DNA of 64,000 bases from Phyllosticta citribraziliensis (taxonomy: Eukaryota). Positions 59,905 to 64,000 of the stretch are shown here, piece after piece. The notes below the pieces were generated by a model that was not told the origin of the DNA, did no database searches, and worked only from the letters and a program-made list of their open reading frames with translations. The stretch is taken from positions 1,860,001 to 1,924,000 of the forward strand of contig NW_027117344.1 of NCBI RefSeq assembly GCF_038025025.1, given 5' to 3'. Numbering within the stretch: position 1 is the stretch's first letter; every line of letters begins with the position of its first letter. The position numbers and the translations under genes were made by a program.

Positions 59905-61679
59905 TCAGCAAGGGGAAGATTGAGGCTGATCTAGTGGCTGTCCATCGTCGTCGCACATCTCGGCAATCTTTGCCATCGTGTCGATGATGACGTGCGACCG
60001 TTTGTCGAGGAACGGCCCAAAGTAATCCACTCGCATAAGAGTCTTGGCCCAGTTGATGGGGACCCAGTACCACGGGGATTCATAGACGTTCTTGCCCTTT
60101 CTCAAGCAGATGTTGAGATCTCTTCTCTTGTGCGGGTTCACGTTGTTGGGGGTATACAACGCGTTTATGTTCACCTCTTTGGAGGGGAAACGCAGCTTGA
60201 GGGAAGAACAAGAGTTGTCCGGCGCGGCCCAACGCAACTCGATGAATCCGAAGGCTTTGATGAATTTGCATCCGTCTATGAGAGTGCAAACATCTCCGAA
60301 ACTCTGTAGAAGCCGTTAGGGAAGATCTACGGGATGGTGCAAGTGACTTACTTCCAGCGGGATGACTATGTCATTTGAGTACTCGTCCAGAGAACTGCCA
60401 TTGTAGGCGCTGAAGACGTCGGGAGCGTTCTTGGCCTTGACTTCATTGGCATCGTTGTCGTGCTGAGCTTGGTCGAGATCGTATCTGAACCGTCGGCGCT
60501 TTTTCTCGCCAGCGTCGTCACCCTCGTCGCGAGGCGTAGATCGTAGACCTCCCCTATTGTAGAGCTTGTCTGCCGATTCGGTAGCTTCCGTCAAGCCCGG
60601 CTCGGATTTTATAGGCGGACTGGAAGAGACCGAAGCGTAGTCAAGTCTAGATCGTTGCCTTGTGTGTGGCATACCCGCCCCCGGTGGCGAGAACCGAGTA
60701 GGTCGACTTCTTTGCAGCAGAGAAGCATCACGGAGGATTTGATCTTGCTCTGTGCTCGCCTCGGGGACTGCGCCGGCGAGACTGGGAGCTGTCCTTGCTG
60801 AAAAAGGTGTCGTCTGGGGGCCGATGGTGTCGACTGCGCCGGGCGCCAATGACCAACAGGAGGACCGTGGTGCGTTTTCTCTGACACCTACATTAATCAG
60901 GTCCTCTGTGGTAGAAATCAATGATGGCTGTCTGTCGATCCTCTCGCCACTGTTGGGAGCGTATGACGGCTGCTCCAAGTCCCTGATGCGAAGCTGTAAA
61001 GCCCTATTTTCCGCCTTCAACTGTTCGATCTGCTGATGACAGTGTTCGTGGTCGCGCCGGTCTTGATGTAGCATTGTAAGCGTTACTTTGAGGTTGAGAA
61101 GTCGCTCTGGGTCGTCAAGGACGGGTTGAAACTGAACATTTCCCAGGCTGATTTCTTCGGCGCGAAGGTCCTTGGAGTCTTGCCAAGTGAGGCCGCCGCT
61201 GATGCTGCTTCCCGACGGACTCTCATACGCTCTGGCGGTTGACTGGGCTTCATGCTCTGGTCGAGCGACCAAGTGGGTCTGCGAAGTCGCGCGCTGGACG
61301 GGCGCAGCCTGTGGAGCATTCATGACGGGCACATAGCCGGCCTCGCTTTCCCAGCACCAGTAGCCAGCAGCAAAGAGGTTTGGGATTACTGAGGCGAGAA
61401 CATCAGCAATGATTTGCTCCTTGGGCTTGTCAAAGGAATCGGAAACTGGAAAATTTGAAGGCCCAAGAACCTCGCGGAAGAATGTGTTCACTTGCTCCCT
61501 GTCCCGGAACTGCTTTGGCCTGGATCCTGGGGCAAGGTAGGCGTCAACAACGGTCCGGGCCTGTGAAACATACGATGCGTGCAGTTCTATTGAGGTCAGC
61601 AAACTCGAGTCACAGTTGGCATGAGAAACTGACCAGGAGTCCACGGCGGGAGCACCGTTGGAGGGTGGAGACCGGCCAT
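59905..61679 (-). CDS. Hypothetical protein with a coiled-coil segment. Exons 61679-61634, 61586-60352, 60303-59905
   Basis: Long open frame. Canonical phase-consistent introns (GTCAGT...CTGAC...TAG; GTAAGT...CTAAC...CAG). Heptad segment QIEQLKAENRALQLRIRDLEQ. Confidence 0.65.
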
Positions 61680-64000
61680 TCTTCGGATAATGGGTGAGAG
61701 GAGCAGGACGATGCAGTGGGTTGGGGAGAGTTGACGAAACTGAAAGATGGTTGGAGTTTGGGGAAAGGCGGCAGCGGGAAAGGTGTTTTGGTTCACCAGC
61801 CTGGCAGGCTTGCAGGCGCCGAAACAGGCAATCACCATCGCGTCCTACAAGGCCACGACAACATACCAAATATTCTTTCTGCAGACGGCAAGTCAATCCT
61901 GTCAGCAAGACCGAAATGAACACCCCCTTTTGCGAAACCCATTCCAATCTGTTGAGCTATTGCTGGCCTGGCAACTTGACAATGGCTTTACGGCCTTGAT
62001 CGTCAATTATCCCCTCAGCTTTTCAAAAAGACGTGAACAATGAAGTCCTGTGCAACTACCCGGCACGCGGAGGTTTACAGAGGATTGTGCCCTACAACGT
62101 CTGTGGCTGCAGTGGAAGCTCAAGGAGCATTAATCCCAGCTACAGCTGAGTATCCCTGCTGCGCTGGGGGGGGGCTGCCATATCTTATGACATCCACCAT
62201 GAAGGCGAGGGGTTTCGCCGTGTCTGATACCCAGGCCGTGTGCTGTCGCGGCGGCGAAATACCAAGGACTGCGCGCAAAATCTTCGAAGTCTCTGAGTTG
62301 GTAGAAAGTGGGTAGAGGAACTTGGTTTCAGCCCTAGAAATCTATACATCCGCGAGCTCAACACATTGGAAAGCTCCACATGAAGTCACATGAAGTGCAG
62401 CACAGACGCGAACTAGCCACGAACATGCACACGATCAAGTCTCGAGGCATATACAAAACAAGAGTAAGATATCGAACCGGATCGACAGCGAAACATTGGA
62501 TCTCCGGAGATACTTGCTCAAGCAATAGAGAAGCCCAGAGGATGGCAGTTGACAGGTGAAGGAGAAACTGAAAAGTCACGCGTGCACCTACCATTTCCGG
62601 CGGACGACTCCCTCACCTCGCGATCGCGAAAGCGAGCAGCGACGGAGATTGGCCTCGGTCCGAACTGGACATTGCAAAAACTCCTCGGAGAATGAAGATT
62701 CCGCAACAACTTTCTATAAATGTCCAGCCACAACAGCAGACGGAACCAGCCGGCTGGACTGGGCAGGGCTTGAGTTAGCGAAAAGGGCTATTCGTGTCGG
62801 TGAACGAGCAAGCGAGGCCGTCGCCACTCAACGGGTGTTCTCGAAGGACGACGACATCGTTGGACACAACTGTCAGCCTTGAGCTAGAGTAGCCAGCGGC
62901 CGAAAGGGTGGCGGAGGCAGGGCAGGCAGAGCAGAAGACGGAGACATTTCCAGGTGGGATCTGATGGGTACTGGTACCGGGACCGCGGCGGGCTGGACCC
63001 AATGGCCAGGTCCAAGGTGCAGGACGTACGTCTGCCGCGCTTGGCATGTCGAGCCGAGCCGGGCCGGCCTGGGCCGGTGCGCATCACTTGACAGATGCTG
63101 ACAATCGCTCTTCTTAGACGTGTTGCGAGGTCCAGAGGGAAAGACTAGACGGTGGCGTTGCGGACTGTGTAACATTGGGTTGATGATGCGATAGGGGTTG
63201 GATGACGGAGGTCGGAGCCAGTTCTTCGGATCCAGAGGGGATAATCTGGTTTGAGGGTGCCTCGTTTGCGCGGCTGCTCTGAAGAGTTGCTCAGGTACGA
63301 GATGTGGAGAAAAACTATTCGGTGTCGCTGGATAGTCGAGCAAGGCGAAGGAGTAGCCTCGCAATGCTGAACTGCTAAGCCACCACCTCGTCTTCAATTG
63401 GACAAGTTGGCGGTGATGAATCCTGATTGTGATCGTGATCTCTTGCCGTTCTCTGGCTCTCGACAGACTATCGATTTGCAGAGCCAGGAACGTTTCTCTC
63501 CGTCAACGAGGTTAACCACCGGATTGGGAATGGTGACGGTCGTCGAGCTAACCCGACAAGGGAGTCGCGCTGATTTCGTCATGTCCATTCGGTAAAGGAC
63601 CAGGTCAGCTCAATTTCGATTGGACGTCGACTCGTGGACGGTGACAGCCTGGAAGCGTGGGCGTGGTAAAGGGTTCCTCCATCCCTGTCTTTGGTACTCA
63701 AGCTTCGTCGTCGTCTCGCAGGTATATGTATATCCCTGGCCCAAGACGGAGGGGTATTTTCGGCAAGCAAAATGGCTACCTTCGACGTCAAACCCTCCAA
63801 CTACGTGTTCGTGGTCGACTCACCGGAGAACAATGCGACTTCGCCAATTACGAGCGCCGGCCATGGACCAACAGGCCCTTTGAGAACGACGCGATGGAAA
63901 GCCGACTGCCATCCCCGAGCGCGTGAAGTGTGCGAGCGTGTGGATCGCTTTTACTACAACTCCTGGCCATTCAAGAGTGTCGATGCAAAGAAAAAGTTTC

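Noticed and set aside
62556..64000. Several 60-170 aa ORFs at the right edge
   Set aside because: Could not assemble a convincing spliced gene; a gene or remnant here cannot be excluded.

Overview
This is eukaryotic DNA from a filamentous ascomycete (Pezizomycotina; inferred from short GT-AG introns with CTRAC branch sites and the gene families present). I assembled about 19 protein-coding genes by hand from the sequence. From left to right: an Msc7-like aldehyde dehydrogenase (5'-truncated, with a 7-nt micro-exon); a divergent SDR / glutamine-synthetase-like pair resembling the actinobacterial glnA4 gamma-glutamylation module; a membrane-anchored GH3 beta-glucosidase; and a compact three-gene copper-acquisition locus. 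That locus holds a GPI-anchored His-brace Bim1/X325-like protein, a Ctr transporter and a metalloreductase, with shared Mac1-type TGTGCTCA sites and a shared Met-rich N-terminal motif. Next come two orphan ORFs, a Zn2Cys6 transcription factor with a ~13.7 kb microsatellite-rich gene-free upstream region, and an 8-exon DUF2461 gene with unusually long introns. The right end holds TYW3, a methyltransferase, a divergent methylcitrate synthase / methylisocitrate lyase pair with FarA/B-type sites, a dienelactone hydrolase, an RnpA-like ORF, WASP/Las17, an F-box gene and a hypothetical gene. No tRNA, rRNA, CRISPR array or recognisable transposon was seen. The copper locus is the strongest candidate for an under-described system. 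All family assignments come from motif recognition, not database searches.
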